Shown here: one piece after another, positions 61,910-64,000 of the stretch
Numbering within the stretch: position 1 is the stretch's first letter
How the letters are laid out: each line of letters starts with the position of its first letter
Assembly: GCF_009914755.1 (NCBI RefSeq)
Contig: NC_060934.1
Length of the DNA stretch: 64,000 bases
Source of the DNA: the human T2T-CHM13v2.0 reference genome, Homo sapiens
Reading direction: 5' to 3' (one strand)
Translations under genes and position numbers: made by a program
The notes under the pieces: model-generated
What the model was told of the DNA's origin: nothing
Databases searched by the model: none
What the model saw: the letters and a program-made list of their open reading frames with translations, nothing else

Positions 61910-62858
61910 TGTATTAAGGTTCTCCAGAGAACCAGAACCAATGGGGGGTGTGTGTAAACATATGCACACATATGTACAGACAGATACACCTATACAAGAG
62001 ATTTACTTATGCAATTGACTCACGTGACTATGGAAGCTAACCCAGGATGGGCCATCAGGTTGGCGTGTGTCTTTCTGTGTGTGTTCTCTGTGTGTATCTC
62101 TGTCTGTGTATGTCTTTCTGTGTGTGTGTGTCTGTGTGTGTGTGTGAGTGTCTCTGTGTGTGTGTGTGACTGTGTCTGTGTGTCTCTGTGTGTGTGCCTG
62201 TGTCTGTGTCTGTGTGTCTGTGTCTTTGTGTCTCCGTGTGTGTGTCTCTGTGTCTGTGTGAGAGTCTCTGTGTGTCTGTGTCTGTGTGAGCATCTCTGTG
62301 TGTGTGTCTGTGTCTGTGTGTGTCTGTGTGAGTGTCTCTGTGTCTGTGTGTCTCCGTGTGCGTGTGTGTCTGTGTCTGTGTGAGTGTCTCTGTATCTATG
62401 TGTCTCCGTGTGTGTGTGTCCATGTCTATGTGTGTCTCTGTGTGTGTCTGTGTGTCTCTGTGTCTGTGTGTCTTTGTGTGAGTGTCTCCGTGTGTGTCTG
62501 TGTCTGTGTGTATCTGAATGTCTCCGTGTCTGTGTGTCTGTGTGTCTGTGTGTTTGTGTGTGTGTGTGTGTCTGTGTGTCTGTCTGTCTCTGTGTCTGTG
62601 TGTGTCTGTGTGTCTCCGTGTGTGTGTCTCTGTGTGTCTGTGTCTGTGTGTCTCCGTGTGTGTCTCTGTGTCTGTCTGTGTGAGTGTCTCCATATGTGTG
62701 TGTCTGTGTGTCTGTGTGAGTGTCTCCATGTGTGAGTGTCTCTGTGTCTGTGTGTGTCTGTGTGTCTCCGTGTGTGTCTGTGTGTGCGTGTCTGTGTGTG
62801 TCTGTGTGTGTCTGTGTGAGTGTCTCCGTCTGTGAGTGTCTGTGTGTGTCTGTGTTTC

Positions 62859-62902
<44 letters not shown>

Positions 62903-63182
62903 TGGAGATGCAGGGAGATGCTGATGTTGCAGTCTAGTCCGCAGGCCTCTGCTGCAGATTCTCTCTTGCTCCAGGGAAGTTAGTCTTTTTTTCTATCCAG
63001 GTCTTCACCTGAGCCAATGAGGCCTACCCATATGATGCAAGGTGATCTGTTTAACTCAAGGTCCATCTATTTAAATGTTAATCTCATCCAGAAACACCTG
63101 CACAGAAACATCCAGAATCAATTTTCACCACATTTCTCAGTACCAGGGCCCAGCTGAGTTGCCACCTACAATTCACCACTAG
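61910..63182 (-). mobile_element. MLT2 (ERVL) solo LTR interrupted by a TG/TC array
   Basis: TGTATTAAGGTTCTCCAGAGAACCAGAACCAAT...AAATGTTAATCTCATCCAGAAACACC...CAGAAACATCCAGAAT. Flanked by an AGCAG direct repeat. Confidence 0.85.
62064..62901. repeat. ~0.84-kb TG/TC array ending in pure (TG)n
   Basis: Direct reading. Recurrent GTGTCTCCGTGTGTG and GTGAGTGTCTC units. Confidence 0.95.
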
Positions 63183-64000
63183 AGCAGTCCTCAACTCCAG
63201 AGGCCAATGCTGGTGGTAAGCACTGAACTACAGATGGCACGACTGATCATGGTGACCTACAGGAGGGCCTTGCTTGGTGGACCCCTCTATTGATGGTCTA
63301 TCACACTCCTAGGCCAACCTCTATGCCTCAGACTGAAAGGACTCAGAACATTTTAGCATCCCCAAACAGATCTTTGCCAAATCCCTCCACTCTGCTTCTT
63401 CACTCTAAAATGGGAGCGGGAAATTGCCTCTGGGTTCTGCGCTTTCTCTGGGTTTGGCCAATTCCAAGGCACGGGACTAAAATTAGCCCTCCCTCCACAG
63501 GCTGCCTGGATGAATTCCTCTGGCGCTGTCCCTGAAGGTGCATCTGTCAGCGGCTTATGAGTCTGTCCAGTCCTGCCTTCCACTTGCTGGCAGGTGCGGA
63601 GAAGTGAGCCACTGCAGCCACTCGCCCGTATCCTTTGGGTGTTTTATGTGACTTCTGAAAGTCACTTGCATTAGCTCCAGCTTCAATCCTCTTCCCAGGG
63701 GGATGAGACGTTGTAGTGCTGCTGTGTCTGAGAAATCCAAAGCATGTTCACTGCTCTGGAGATGAGAGTTCATTGAGCAGGGACAGGAGACTCCACCAGA
63801 TCCTTTCTAATCACAGGGAGCCTCTGACCTCAGACACACTGGTCAGAACTTGTCAATAATGAAGAGAATGTAAACCCAGATAGGAATGCCCTTACCCTTG
63901 CCTGGTTTCCCGCTGTTCGGGTCTGTCATTGTTCCGTTTGCTTCATTTTACACCCTGAAAACCATATGCCCCACCTAGACAGTTTTATTCACTTTTGGGA

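Noticed and set aside
59648-62983. Long Cys/Val-rich and His/Thr-rich ORFs (up to 294 aa)
   Set aside because: They are by-products of stop-poor TG/CA repeats, with no splice signals or protein-like composition.

Overview
Primate, almost certainly human, genomic DNA. It holds the last four coding exons of the SH2-domain adaptor gene SH2D4B on the + strand (4879-5095, 10725-10852, 38345-38565, 48053-48145), a ~2.5-kb 3' UTR and ~13 kb of downstream sequence. Spliced by hand, the exons give one continuous frame ending ...[153 protein letters not shown]. The rest is repeat-rich: a very young full-length sense-oriented SVA with a perfect 11-bp target-site duplication (TSD), a 5.7-kb antisense L1PA with a 15-bp TSD, about 15 Alus, MaLR/ERV solo LTRs, DNA-transposon fossils and two related TG/TC arrays. 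I see no new multi-gene system. Almost all entries in the ORF track are noise or repeat-derived. The most notable observations are: (1) an Alu containing a 247-bp inverted copy of neighbouring unique DNA, which creates a ~93% identical long hairpin in the pre-mRNA; (2) the young SVA, positioned to trap splicing and polyadenylation before the SH2 exon; (3) several independent sequence features that could each yield an SH2-less protein; (4) further small template-switch scars. Repeat subfamily names come from recognising consensus motifs by eye, and repeat boundaries without TSDs are approximate.
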